In this document: positions 1 through 8,757 of the stretch, one piece after another
Numbering within the stretch: the stretch's first letter is position 1
Layout: each line of letters starts with the position of its first letter
Assembly: GCA_049287025.1 (NCBI GenBank)
Contig: JBAQFA010000009.1
Span: 24,802-88,801 of the forward strand
Reading direction: 5' to 3'
DNA: 64,000 bases
DNA from: Candidatus Magasanikiibacteriota bacterium
GTDB taxonomy: Bacteria > Patescibacteriota > Patescibacteriia > Magasanikbacterales > UBA922
The notes under the pieces: generated by a model
What the model saw: the letters and a program-made list of their open reading frames with translations, nothing else
What the model was told of the DNA's origin: nothing
The model's database searches: none
Position numbers and translations under genes: made by a program

Positions 1-1
1 T

Positions 2-226
2 ATTCATGTCCATGATGAAGAAACTGATGCGGAAATAAAAGTTATGGAAGCCATGTACGCTACCAACAAAGAATATTTGGACAAATTAAAACGCCCCGAA
101 GTCCGCGACACTATTGCCATGAGTTTACAAAATAGAAAAGTAATGGAATGGCTCACAGCCAAAGTAAAGGGTGAGGAAGTAGAGGAACACAAATGCGATC
201 ATGATCATAAACATGAAGACAAATAA
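2..226 (+). CDS. 3'-terminal fragment of a CDS that starts upstream of the window; weak resemblance to trigger factor C-terminus
   Basis: Frame open from nt 2 to stop at 224-226. The tail ...QNRKVMEWLTAKVKGEEVEE resembles the C-terminal helix of trigger factor. A hairpin terminator follows. Confidence 0.3.
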   Translation: MHVHDEETDAEIKVMEAMYATNKEYLDKLKRPEVRDTIAMSLQNRKVMEWLTAKVKGEEVEEHKCDHDHKHEDK

Positions 227-250
227 ACACTTTAACAGAACAACACCAAA

Positions 251-277
251 ACACTCCTACAAAAGGGGTGTTTTTTT
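251..277 (+). terminator. Rho-independent terminator (CACUCC-loop-GGGGUG + U7)
   Basis: cactcct acaaa aggggtg followed by ttttttt. Confidence 0.6.
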
Positions 278-361
278 ACTTCCAAGCCTGCTATAATTAA
301 AATACTGTCATTTGTCATTCCTGCGAAAGCAGAAATCCACAATCACTTACACAAAAAAATT

Positions 362-592
362 ATGAAAAAAATAACTGTAAAAATTACTCCTCGTTCCAGC
401 AAAAATGAAATTGGCGAAACCATGTCTGATGGCACTATAAAAATAAAATTAAAAGCTCCCCCAGTTGATGGCGAAGCTAATAAAGAATTAATAAAATTTC
501 TAAGTGCTGAATGGAAAATCCCCAAATCAAAAATAAAAATTGTTAAAGGCCAAACTAGTAGAAATAAAATAATTGAAATTGATAAAAACTAA
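362..592 (+). CDS. yggU: YggU/DUF167 family protein
   Basis: 76 aa with KAPPVDGEANKELIKFLS motif typical of UPF0235/YggU. Confidence 0.8.
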   Translation: MKKITVKITPRSSKNEIGETMSDGTIKIKLKAPPVDGEANKELIKFLSAEWKIPKSKIKIVKGQTSRNKIIEIDKN

Positions 593-669
593 AGTAATGA
601 AGTAATATAGTAAAAAAAATTTTGAGATTCTCTTTATTACTTCATTACTCTATTACTCTTTAATCAAAA

Positions 670-697
670 ATCCCAACAACTAGTCGGGATTATTTTT
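670..697. terminator. Bidirectional hairpin terminator between yggU-like (+) and dnaN (-)
   Basis: atccc-aacaactagtc-gggat flanked by A-run upstream and T-run downstream. Confidence 0.5.
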
Positions 698-722
698 TTG
701 TTATCTGCTATCTGCACCATGA

Positions 723-1865
723 TTATTGACGAATAGGCATCACAATATACAAATACTCGTCTTTACCTTTGGGAGAAAACAAACATGGGGCGTCGCCACT
801 ATTTACTTTAAATTCTATCTCATCAGTTTCCATATGTTGGAGACCATCCAAAACATAGCGATGATTAAGTAAAATTGAATTTTCTTCGCCTTTTAGTTCA
901 ACATCAATTTCTGATGAGTGTTCACCAGTCTGAGTACTAGTAGATGAAACTCCGATTGTCCCCTCACCCACATTTAGATCAAATGAAACTGCGTTTACCC
1001 CCATAGTTGTAAAAAGACTAGCGGTTTTAATTTTATTTGTCATTTGGGCCACGGGAAAAACGGCTGTGGTTTTGAATTCACCAGGAATAATCTGGGCATA
1101 GTCTGGATATTTGCCATCAATCAATCGGGAAGTCATTTCAAAATCATCAAAGCGCAAAGCAATTTGATTTTCTGTGAGCCACAATCTTATTTTTGTTTCT
1201 CCACTCTTGGCTTTGGAAATTGTTATGAGTCTAATCATCTCATAAACTGTCCGAGCTGGTACAATAATTTTCATTTCATCACTTCCTTGTTCAATATTTA
1301 ATTTTTTTTCAGCCAAACGATAAGAATCAGTGGCTGCCATTACCAAACCTTTGTACCTATCAGCAAATAATCCAAAATAAACTCCAGCCAATTCTGGTCT
1401 GATTTCATTTTTGGCTGTGGCCACCACTACTTGACCCAAAGAATTTTTAAAATCTTCGGCATCCAAAACATAGGCATGTTGTTCTTCAATTTCTGGCATC
1501 ACTGGATATTCGTCAGCTGGTACGCCTTTTATTTTTGTGCTAGAAGAACCACAAGTAATTTTTATTTCATTTTCTACTAGTTCCATTTCTACTTGTTCGT
1601 CTGGCAAAAGATGAACAAAGTCAGTGAGAGTTTTGGCTGGCACCGTAAAACTGCCTGTATTTTCTACTTTGGCGCGCAAATTAACTTGAATGGCCATTTC
1701 CAAATTGGTTGTCATTAATTTTACTCCAGTGTCGTTTACCTGGATTAAAATATTTAACAAGATTGGTAAGTTAACTTGCTTACCCGCGACTCCACTAACC
1801 AAGTCTAGAGCATGTGATAAATTTTCTTTAGTACAAGTAAATTTCATATATTTGGACTTATGCAC
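723..1865 (-). CDS. dnaN: DNA polymerase III beta sliding clamp
   Basis: 380 aa; MKFTCTKENLSHALDLVSGVAGKQVNLPILLNILIQV... The track start is GTG at 1865. The ATG at 1847 (MKFTCT...) is the more likely start. Confidence 0.9.
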   Translation of the reverse strand: MHKSKYMKFTCTKENLSHALDLVSGVAGKQVNLPILLNILIQVNDTGVKLMTTNLEMAIQVNLRAKVENTGSFTVPAKTLTDFVHLLPDEQVEMELVENEIKITCGSSSTKIKGVPADEYPVMPEIEEQHAYVLDAEDFKNSLGQVVVATAKNEIRPELAGVYFGLFADRYKGLVMAATDSYRLAEKKLNIEQGSDEMKIIVPARTVYEMIRLITISKAKSGETKIRLWLTENQIALRFDDFEMTSRLIDGKYPDYAQIIPGEFKTTAVFPVAQMTNKIKTASLFTTMGVNAVSFDLNVGEGTIGVSSTSTQTGEHSSEIDVELKGEENSILLNHRYVLDGLQHMETDEIEFKVNSGDAPCLFSPKGKDEYLYIVMPIRQ

Positions 1866-1940
1866 CTCACGTGCATTTTTTAAAATCCCCTCTGTTGTTT
1901 GTTATATATTTATATATTAAATTGATAATAGTAATAGGTG

Positions 1941-2126
1941 TTGTGGATAGTGTGCAAAAGTCGTTTTTTATTTTAGTTTTAGATAAATTTTGGTGTTAAT
2001 AATTTCTTAATAATTTTTTGTCTTCTTGTTGATAATTTTGGTTTTTATTTTTGCCCTGTTTATAACTCATTAATTATGAACAGTTTAAATTTTTATAATT
2101 ATATTCTTATCCCAAGCTTTATCCAC
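1941..2126. promoter_or_regulatory. DnaA-box-like 9-mers in dnaA-dnaN intergenic region
   Basis: TTGTGGATAG at 1941-1950 and TTATCCACC at 2118-2126, each 8/9 match to TTATCCACA. Confidence 0.35.
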
Positions 2127-2144
2127 CGTATTTGCAATTCTAGT

Positions 2145-3527
2145 TTAGATATTATCTACGTATAATCTTTGTTTGATCGCTTCAATTTCTTGTTTTAGTT
2201 TGGCGTCATTTTCAATCTCGGTTTTTATTTTGGTATGAGCGTGCATGGCTGTAGTGTGGTCGCGTCCGCCGAGTTCATTACCAATCGCCGGGTAAGACAT
2301 TTTTAATTCTTCACGTAGTAAGAACATAATAATTTGTCTGGGATTGGAAAGTCTTTTTTCTCGGCTCTTACCAGCAATATCATCAATCGCCACGTCATAA
2401 AATTCTGATACCACACTAGTTAACTCTTTTGGAGTAAGAGAGCGTTTCATACTTTGCGCTTCAAAACTTGATAAGACAGATTTTACGCTTTCTTTAGTTG
2501 GTTCAGTATTTTTTAATTCATGAAAAGCAATAATTTTATTTAGCGCGCCTTCTAGTTCCCGGATATTACTTTGGACAGTGGCCGCGATTAAATTTATCAG
2601 TTCATCGGACAAATTATATTTTTTCTCCTGAGCTTTTGATTTCAAAATGGCTGATCTCGTTTCCAAATCTGGCGCTGCGATATCTGCAATCATCCCCCAT
2701 TCAAATCTAGAGCGTAAACGATCTTCCAAAGCTGGGATGGCTTTTGGTGGGCGATCAGAAGTAAGCACGACTTGTTTGCCTTGTTGATGTAGTTCGTTGA
2801 AAGTGTGAAAAAATTCCTCCTGAGTTTGTTCTTTGCCACCAATGAATTGAATGTCGTCAATCAAGAGTAAATCAACATTGCGATAGCGATCTTTAAATTC
2901 TTTGGCTCGGCCTTCTTTTACTGAAGTGACAAATTCATTAGTAAATTTTTCTGAAGAAACATAGAGAATTTTTGTTTGCGGATTATTTTCTAGCATTTTG
3001 TGGCCAATCGCTTGCAGAAGATGAGTCTTGCCTAATCCGACCCCACCATAGATAAATAATGGGTTGTAGGCTTCTCCTGGTCGGTTAGCAGAGGCTTGGG
3101 CAGCAGCATGAGCGAGTTCATTGCCCTTACCAACAATAAAAGTGTCAAAAGTATATTTTATATTTAGACCAAATTTACTACCCAAAGATTGATTTTTTGG
3201 CGCCGAATAAATTGGCGTGGCTGCACTAGATACATTTGGTTCAGTGGACATGGTACATTCTTTTTCTTCAATCAATTTGGAATTTTCTACTTTATATTCT
3301 ACTTTTTTTACTGGCTTACCTGTCACTCGTTCCAAAATTTTTATAATTTCTGGATGATATTTTTTTTCCAGCCAGCTCTTGGTAAAAGTATTAGGCACAC
3401 AAATAATTACCTGACCAACTTCATATTGGCCAATACCAGTATTGCGGAACCAAGTAGTAAAATTAGCTTTGGAAACTTTTAATTCAAATTCAGCGAGAAC
3501 AGCTTGCCAGATTTCGTGATTTGTCAT
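2145..3527 (-). CDS. dnaA: Chromosomal replication initiator DnaA
   Basis: 460 aa; Walker A GGVGLGKTHLL; DnaA N-terminus MTNHEIWQAVLAEFE; C-terminal HTH domain. Confidence 0.95.
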   Translation of the reverse strand: MTNHEIWQAVLAEFELKVSKANFTTWFRNTGIGQYEVGQVIICVPNTFTKSWLEKKYHPEIIKILERVTGKPVKKVEYKVENSKLIEEKECTMSTEPNVSSAATPIYSAPKNQSLGSKFGLNIKYTFDTFIVGKGNELAHAAAQASANRPGEAYNPLFIYGGVGLGKTHLLQAIGHKMLENNPQTKILYVSSEKFTNEFVTSVKEGRAKEFKDRYRNVDLLLIDDIQFIGGKEQTQEEFFHTFNELHQQGKQVVLTSDRPPKAIPALEDRLRSRFEWGMIADIAAPDLETRSAILKSKAQEKKYNLSDELINLIAATVQSNIRELEGALNKIIAFHELKNTEPTKESVKSVLSSFEAQSMKRSLTPKELTSVVSEFYDVAIDDIAGKSREKRLSNPRQIIMFLLREELKMSYPAIGNELGGRDHTTAMHAHTKIKTEIENDAKLKQEIEAIKQRLYVDNI

Positions 3528-3828
3528 AATTAGAATGATGCTAATATACGAATTGTACTAATGATACTAATAATAATTTGTATAGCATCGGTATAATTCG
3601 TATGAATTAGTATATTAGAATCGCATTATTTTTTAAAGTGAACCTATTTTAGCACATAATTATTTATTAAAAAATGGCTTAAAAAAGGCAAAAAGTGTAC
3701 ATAATGGGGACAAGCTGTGGATTGTGGGGATAAGTCATATTTGGGTGGTATGAATTGGAAGTATCTTTCTCTTGACAAAATTCCTCAAATCAATTATAAT
3801 CCTCTCACTAATTATAAATAATAATTTT

Positions 3829-4005
3829 ATGCCAAAAAGAACTTACCAACCAAAGAAACGTAAGAGAGCCAAATGTCATGGTTTTTTGTCTCGCATGGAA
3901 ACTAGCAATGGTAGAAATGTATTAAAGAGACGTAGAGACAAAGGCAGAAAAAAATTGACTGTTAGCGATGAGAAAAAAGGCAAGAGAACTAGAAAGACTC
4001 GCTAA
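3829..4005 (+). CDS. rpmH: 50S ribosomal protein L34
   Basis: [23 protein letters not shown]... The track ORF starts earlier at 3772. The ATG at 3829 gives canonical L34. Confidence 0.9.
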   Translation: MPKRTYQPKKRKRAKCHGFLSRMETSNGRNVLKRRRDKGRKKLTVSDEKKGKRTRKTR

Positions 4006-4029
4006 AATTAGCCAAAAATATTAATAAAG

Positions 4030-4051
4030 GCCTCGTACGTTCGAGGCTTTT
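4030..4051 (+). terminator. Rho-independent terminator after rpmH
   Basis: gcctcg-tacgtt-cgaggc + tttt. Confidence 0.7.
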
Positions 4052-4070
4052 GTGTTATACTTTAACTATA

Positions 4071-4140
4071 CGGATATCCAGATAATCCAGATTTGCAGAT
4101 ACTGCGATCCGTCAATCTGGATTATCAGTATATCTGGATA
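4071..4140. promoter_or_regulatory. Array of four ATCCAGAT half-sites (two direct, two inverted) upstream of rnpA
   Basis: ggATATCCAGATAATCCAGATt ...20 nt... AATCTGGATTATCagtatATCTGGATA; imperfect inverted repeat. Confidence 0.4.
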
Positions 4141-4157
4141 GTAAAATCGCCCAAAAT

Positions 4158-4535
4158 ATGCTAAAACCAAATAACAGACTAACAAAAATGAAAGATTTTG
4201 AGATTCTCTTTAAAGAGGGTAAGTTTGTTAATGGCACTTTATCATCATTAAAGATTTGGAAAATTGAGCCAGAAAAGTATCCTAGACGTAAATACACCCA
4301 AGATGAATTAAGAATCGGTTTTGTGGTTAGTATTAAAATTAGTAAAAAAGCCGTAGACAGAAACAGAATCAAACGGCAAATGAGAGAAGTTGTCCGTCTT
4401 TTAATTAAGGATAATAAGATAAAATCCGGTTTTCATCTGGCTTTTATTACCAAACCAGAGGTCTTGGGTAAAGAATATAAGGAAATTGAAGACGATATTA
4501 TTAAATTATTACGCCGAGCTGATATAATGTTATGA
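4158..4535 (+). CDS. rnpA: Ribonuclease P protein component
   Basis: 125 aa, basic; [16 protein letters not shown] motif; synteny rpmH-rnpA-yidD. Confidence 0.85.
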   Translation: MLKPNNRLTKMKDFEILFKEGKFVNGTLSSLKIWKIEPEKYPRRKYTQDELRIGFVVSIKISKKAVDRNRIKRQMREVVRLLIKDNKIKSGFHLAFITKPEVLGKEYKEIEDDIIKLLRRADIML

Positions 4536-4795
4536 AAAATTTAGTCTACAAAATAATTTATATTTTTAGATTACCATTTCTTTGGTTGATTCGTTTGTAT
4601 CAGAAAACATTTTCACCAGATCATGGACCTTTAAAACATTTTTATCCGCATGGTTATTGTAAGTATTATCCCACCTGTAGTCAGTATGGGTATGAAGTAA
4701 TAAAGAAACGTGGAATTATAGTTGGCGGTTTAAAAACAATATGGCGGATATTGCGATGTAATCCGTGGTCAAAGGGTGGAGTTGATTTACCTTAA
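4532..4795 (+). CDS. yidD: Membrane protein insertion efficiency factor YidD
   Basis: [44 protein letters not shown]; 4-nt overlap with rnpA. Confidence 0.85.
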   Translation: MKNLVYKIIYIFRLPFLWLIRLYQKTFSPDHGPLKHFYPHGYCKYYPTCSQYGYEVIKKRGIIVGGLKTIWRILRCNPWSKGGVDLP

Positions 4796-4820
4796 AAATG
4801 TACAGACTATTCTATACAAC

Positions 4821-4861
4821 TGTGGATAACTCTGGGGATAGAGTAACCAAAAAGTGGATAA
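4821..4861. promoter_or_regulatory. DnaA boxes (candidate oriC element)
   Basis: Perfect TGTGGATAA at 4821-4829 and AGTGGATAA (8/9) at 4853-4861, in the AT-rich gap after yidD. Confidence 0.5.
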
Positions 4862-5159
4862 CATTAGGTTTGAAAGCCTAATTTTTTATTTGTATAGGCT
4901 ACTCTATACATACTTATGCACAATTAAAATGGCTTATTTTAGCTAAATTTTGCTTATTTTAGCTAAACTATTGACAAAAGTGGTATTTTATGCTATACTA
5001 TATTCAGTTCCTTCAAAATATAGATATGTTCGATTCGACTTTGTCGAATGGAGCATGTTTCCATCCACTGCTTTTTTACTAGGCTAACTCTTATGAATTT
5101 GTATAAAGTAATCTATACAAATTCCTTAAAACAAAAACAAAAGTTAAAAATGAGAGTAA

Positions 5160-5400
5160 AAGCTAGCCTAGACAGGTGACTCCCACCTTTCATGCATCAA
5201 GGGCTTCACAGCCACACTTGATGTCGGGAGCAAACACCGCCGAGTGGTGGAGGGAATTATACCGTCCCAGTATGACGGCTTGCCTAATCGGGCGTTCTAA
5301 GAGCTTAAAAATTTGAGATCTTGGATTGCCCGAGTGGCGCGTTTCTGGGATTTAAAGGTGGCACGCCACAAAATCACCGGGGCGATTGACCACCTTTTTT
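5160..5400 (+). ncRNA. Candidate structured ncRNA (GC-rich island in AT-rich spacer, ends in intrinsic terminator); identity unresolved
   Basis: About 55% GC, no ORF, many stems (e.g. ccgtcccagtatgacgg; ggtggcacgccac) and a terminal hairpin with T7 at about 5360-5400. The segment GAGCAAACACCGCCGAGUGG resembles the RNase P RNA stretch GAGCAAACCGCCGAUGG, but the P4 consensus was not found. Confidence 0.3.
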
Positions 5401-5560
5401 TATTGCAAAAATACAGACTTACAAATAATCCGACTTAACGGGTGCCAAGCCATATGGATTGGGTTGAGTATTTAAATGTTGACTTTTAATTAACATATGA
5501 TATAATGACGTTCTTATAAATATGTGGTAAAATAAAAGCATATTTTGATTAAATACATAT

Positions 5561-5947
5561 ATGACCAAGACTAAATTTACAAAGACTTTTTTGGATGAAA
5601 TAAAGAAAAATTTATTAGAAGAGAAAATTCATCTGGAATCAGAATTAGAAAAATTTGCCAAGAAAAATTCTCATGCTGAGAATGATTATGATACCACTTT
5701 TCCAGAGTACGGTGATGAAGAGGATGAAAATGCTCGCGAAGTAGCTGATTATACGGCCAATAAACCACTAGAAATTTCTTTGGAAAATACTTTGCGTGAT
5801 GTGGTCAAATCTTTAAAAAGATTGGAAGATAATACTTATGGTTTTTGTAAGTATTGTGATAATCCAATTGAAGAAAAAAGATTATTGGCTCGTCCGACTT
5901 CTAGCGCGTGTGTAAGTTGTAAAAAAACACTAACACAAGAGGCTTAA
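5561..5947 (+). CDS. DksA/TraR family C4-type zinc-finger protein
   Basis: CxxC-x17-CxxC at the C-terminus (CKYCDNPIEEKRLLARPTSSACVSCK); coiled-coil N-terminal part. Confidence 0.65.
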   Translation: MTKTKFTKTFLDEIKKNLLEEKIHLESELEKFAKKNSHAENDYDTTFPEYGDEEDENAREVADYTANKPLEISLENTLRDVVKSLKRLEDNTYGFCKYCDNPIEEKRLLARPTSSACVSCKKTLTQEA

Positions 5948-5997
5948 AGTAATCACGAATGCCATACGAATTAAACTAATTAATCACGAATTGTGAT

Positions 5998-6471
5998 TTG
6001 TATATGAAAAATAAAATCCACCTAACAATTTATATTGTAATCGGTGGATTTTTTTTATTGTTGGATCAGTTGTTAAAATATTTGGCGCGGACTAATTCTG
6101 ATTTTAGTTTTTATCTTTGGAAAAATTGGTTGGGCTGGGAATATTTCCCCAATCCTGGCATTGCTTTTTCTTTACCCGTACCAAATTGGTTAGTAGTTAT
6201 TTTTACGCCAATAATTTTATTAGGATTATTTATTTGGATAAGACGAACACATAACACATATCACATATCACATATCACAAGACAGTTATCACTATTTTTT
6301 ATTATTGCTGGGGCGGTTTCAAATTACATTGATCGCGTATTATTCGGTGTCACTATAGATTATATTCGTATTCTTACTGGGGTAATAAATTTGGCGGATG
6401 TGATGATTGTGGTGGGGGTAGGGTTGTTATTGTTGGATGAAAGATTGAAGAAAATTAATATTAAACTTTAA
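5998..6471 (+). CDS. lspA: Lipoprotein signal peptidase II
   Basis: NPGIAFSLP and SNYIDRV...IDYIRI motifs, 4 TM segments. Contains an in-frame (ACATATCAC)x3 microsatellite encoding HNTYHISHIT. Confidence 0.75.
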   Translation: MYMKNKIHLTIYIVIGGFFLLLDQLLKYLARTNSDFSFYLWKNWLGWEYFPNPGIAFSLPVPNWLVVIFTPIILLGLFIWIRRTHNTYHISHITRQLSLFFIIAGAVSNYIDRVLFGVTIDYIRILTGVINLADVMIVVGVGLLLLDERLKKINIKL

Positions 6472-6475
6472 TTAT

Positions 6476-7015
6476 ATGATAGAAAATAGTAAATTATTTT
6501 TTTTGATTTTAATTCTGTTTTTAGTTGGGGTTGGCTGCGTAAGTGTTCAGCAGAATACAATAGGTGAAGGTTCTGGTGGTAAAATGGATAACGAGATTGC
6601 AGAGACTAATGCACAGCTAGGAGGAAAAGAAGAGAGTGTTTCTTCTCTTCAAGATTATTCGTATGGTTGTAAAAAACGTTTAGGTGATAATAGTCATATG
6701 AATGAACAAACAGGAAAATGTGAGTGTGATGATGGACATGTCTTCAGTATCGAAGAACCTATTAAGTGTATATCAGCGAATGATTATTGCATATTTTTGA
6801 AAGGAAAGAATTCTATTTCTAATCTAAATGGAGAAAAATATGATTGTATGTGTAAGGATGGTTATAAGATAGATTTAAGTTTGTCACCGAAGTGTATTAT
6901 AGACTGTTCCCCAATAAATGGTGTGATTGCCACAGAAGATTTGTGTGCTTGTCCTAATAATTATGACTATGACTATGGTGTAAGCAAATGTATGCCGATT
7001 GATGATTTAAAATAG
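6476..7015 (+). CDS. Secreted cysteine-rich protein (signal peptide, 17 Cys), unknown function
   Basis: N-terminal hydrophobic LFFLILILFLVGVGC; Cys-rich CxC/CxxC spacing; directly downstream of lspA. Confidence 0.5.
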   Translation: MIENSKLFFLILILFLVGVGCVSVQQNTIGEGSGGKMDNEIAETNAQLGGKEESVSSLQDYSYGCKKRLGDNSHMNEQTGKCECDDGHVFSIEEPIKCISANDYCIFLKGKNSISNLNGEKYDCMCKDGYKIDLSLSPKCIIDCSPINGVIATEDLCACPNNYDYDYGVSKCMPIDDLK

Positions 7016-7040
7016 GTTAATTGAGAAATTAAAAAATAAA

Positions 7041-7064
7041 ATCACCTAGGTTCAGGTGATTTTT
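7041..7064 (+). terminator. Rho-independent terminator
   Basis: atcacct-aggttc-aggtgat + tttt. Confidence 0.6.
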
Positions 7065-7155
7065 GTTATCTGATATCTGCACAATGTGGTATAATAAATG
7101 TAATTTTTAATGTGGGCGAACGCAACTTGAAAAGGGATTCTTCGCTTCGCTCAGA

Positions 7156-8688
7156 ATGACAGACGATATGTTTACCAAAATAAATTCCGCGGCCACTCTG
7201 GGTTTGGAATGTGAACCAATAATTGTTGAAACAGATATTTCCCCGACTTTTCAAGGTTTCCAGATTATTGGGTTACCTGATATGGCGATCCAGGAAGCTA
7301 AAGAAAGAATTAGAACAGTATGGCGAAACAGTGGTCTTACTTTTCCCAATGGCCATCGCATTTTAGTTAATTTGGCGCCAGCGGATGTTCGCAAAGAAGG
7401 CTCGGCGTTTGATTTACCCATTGCCGTGGGTATGTTTACAGCCAAAGAAGGATTAGAAATAAATTTATCTGATTGTCTTTTTATTGGGGAATTGGCTCTA
7501 GATGGGAGTCTGCGTCATACCAATGGAATACTTCCTTTAGCAATTCACGCCAAAGATCGGGGTTATAAAAAAATCTTTGTGCCAGCGGTGAATGCGCGTG
7601 AAGCATCTCTCATAAAAGAAATTGAAGTTTATCCGGTAGAAAATTTTCAACAAATGATTGCGCATTTATTAGGTAATGAATTGATAATTAAACAAGAACC
7701 ACAACCTTTGACTGATTTATTTGTAGTTAGAGAAATAGAAATGGATATGGCTTATATCAAAGGCCAGGAATTTGCCAAGCGCGCTTTGGAAGTGGCCGCG
7801 AGTGGAGCACACAATATTTTATTAAATGGTCCGCCAGGGTCAGGCAAAACTTTATTGGCTAGAAGTTTACCATCAATTTTACCGCCCATGACAGAAGAGG
7901 AAGCCATTGAAGTGACCAAGATTTATTCGGTAGCGGGATTGTTGCCCCATGATCAGCCATTAATTACTGAACGGCCGTTTCGTTCACCGCATCATAGTGC
8001 GAGCGCCATGTCTCTGGTTGGTGGAGGAAAATTTCCTCGGCCAGGAGAAATTTCTTTGGCTCACCGCGGAGTTTTATTTCTTGATGAGTTTACCGAGTTT
8101 CCTAGAATTGTTTTGGAAAATTTACGCCAGCCGTTAGAAGATGGTTTTGTGACCATTGCTCGCGTGCAAAGTACGATTTCTTATCCCGCGCAATTTACTT
8201 TGGTGGCCTCACAAAATCCTTGTCCATGTGGTTATGCCACAGATCCAGATAAGCGGTGTATATGTAGCCCAATGCAAGTAGCCAATTATCAAAAGAAAAT
8301 TAGTGGGCCAATGCTTGATCGAATTGATCTTCATGTAGAAGTACCGCGCGTGGAATTTGAAAAGTTATCCAAAGATAGTTTAGCCGAGTCTTCGGCAGAA
8401 ATTCGCCTGCGAGTAGAAGAAGCCCGTGATCGACAAACTGTAAGGTTTAAAAATTGTTCAGCCAAGACAAATAGTGAAATGAAAAATAAAGAAATAAAAG
8501 AATTTTGTAAATTGGATGAACAATCACTTGATTTATTGCGTCAAGCAGTTCAGCATATGCATTTGTCAGCGCGGAGTTATCATCGGATTTTAAAATTAGC
8601 GCGAACGATTGCTGACCTGTCTAAAAGTGATAATATTTTACAAACGCATGTGGCCGAGGCTCTGCAATATCGGGCAAAAGTTGATTGA
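7156..8688 (+). CDS. comM: YifB/ComM family Mg-chelatase-like AAA+ ATPase
   Basis: 510 aa; Walker A GPPGSGKT; ChlI-like domain; C-terminal ComM region. Confidence 0.85.
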   Translation: MTDDMFTKINSAATLGLECEPIIVETDISPTFQGFQIIGLPDMAIQEAKERIRTVWRNSGLTFPNGHRILVNLAPADVRKEGSAFDLPIAVGMFTAKEGLEINLSDCLFIGELALDGSLRHTNGILPLAIHAKDRGYKKIFVPAVNAREASLIKEIEVYPVENFQQMIAHLLGNELIIKQEPQPLTDLFVVREIEMDMAYIKGQEFAKRALEVAASGAHNILLNGPPGSGKTLLARSLPSILPPMTEEEAIEVTKIYSVAGLLPHDQPLITERPFRSPHHSASAMSLVGGGKFPRPGEISLAHRGVLFLDEFTEFPRIVLENLRQPLEDGFVTIARVQSTISYPAQFTLVASQNPCPCGYATDPDKRCICSPMQVANYQKKISGPMLDRIDLHVEVPRVEFEKLSKDSLAESSAEIRLRVEEARDRQTVRFKNCSAKTNSEMKNKEIKEFCKLDEQSLDLLRQAVQHMHLSARSYHRILKLARTIADLSKSDNILQTHVAEALQYRAKVD

Positions 8689-8723
8689 CACATATCATGA
8701 ATCACATAACACATAACAAAAAC

Positions 8724-8750
8724 ACCAACTTGTCAGTTGGTGTTTGTTTG
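8724..8750. terminator. Bidirectional terminator between comM (+) and M23 peptidase (-)
   Basis: caccaact-tgtc-agttggtg with T-rich tracts on both sides. Confidence 0.6.
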
Positions 8751-8757
8751 TAAATTA

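Noticed and set aside
1044-3482. ORFs 1044-1301(+), 1690-1920(+), 3189-3482(+)
   Set aside because: Embedded antisense within dnaN or dnaA; low-complexity translations.
6243-8720. CACATAACACATA-type repeats as a possible CRISPR array
   Set aside because: No regular repeat-spacer periodicity, copies are few and dispersed, and one lies in-frame within lspA. No cas genes in the window.
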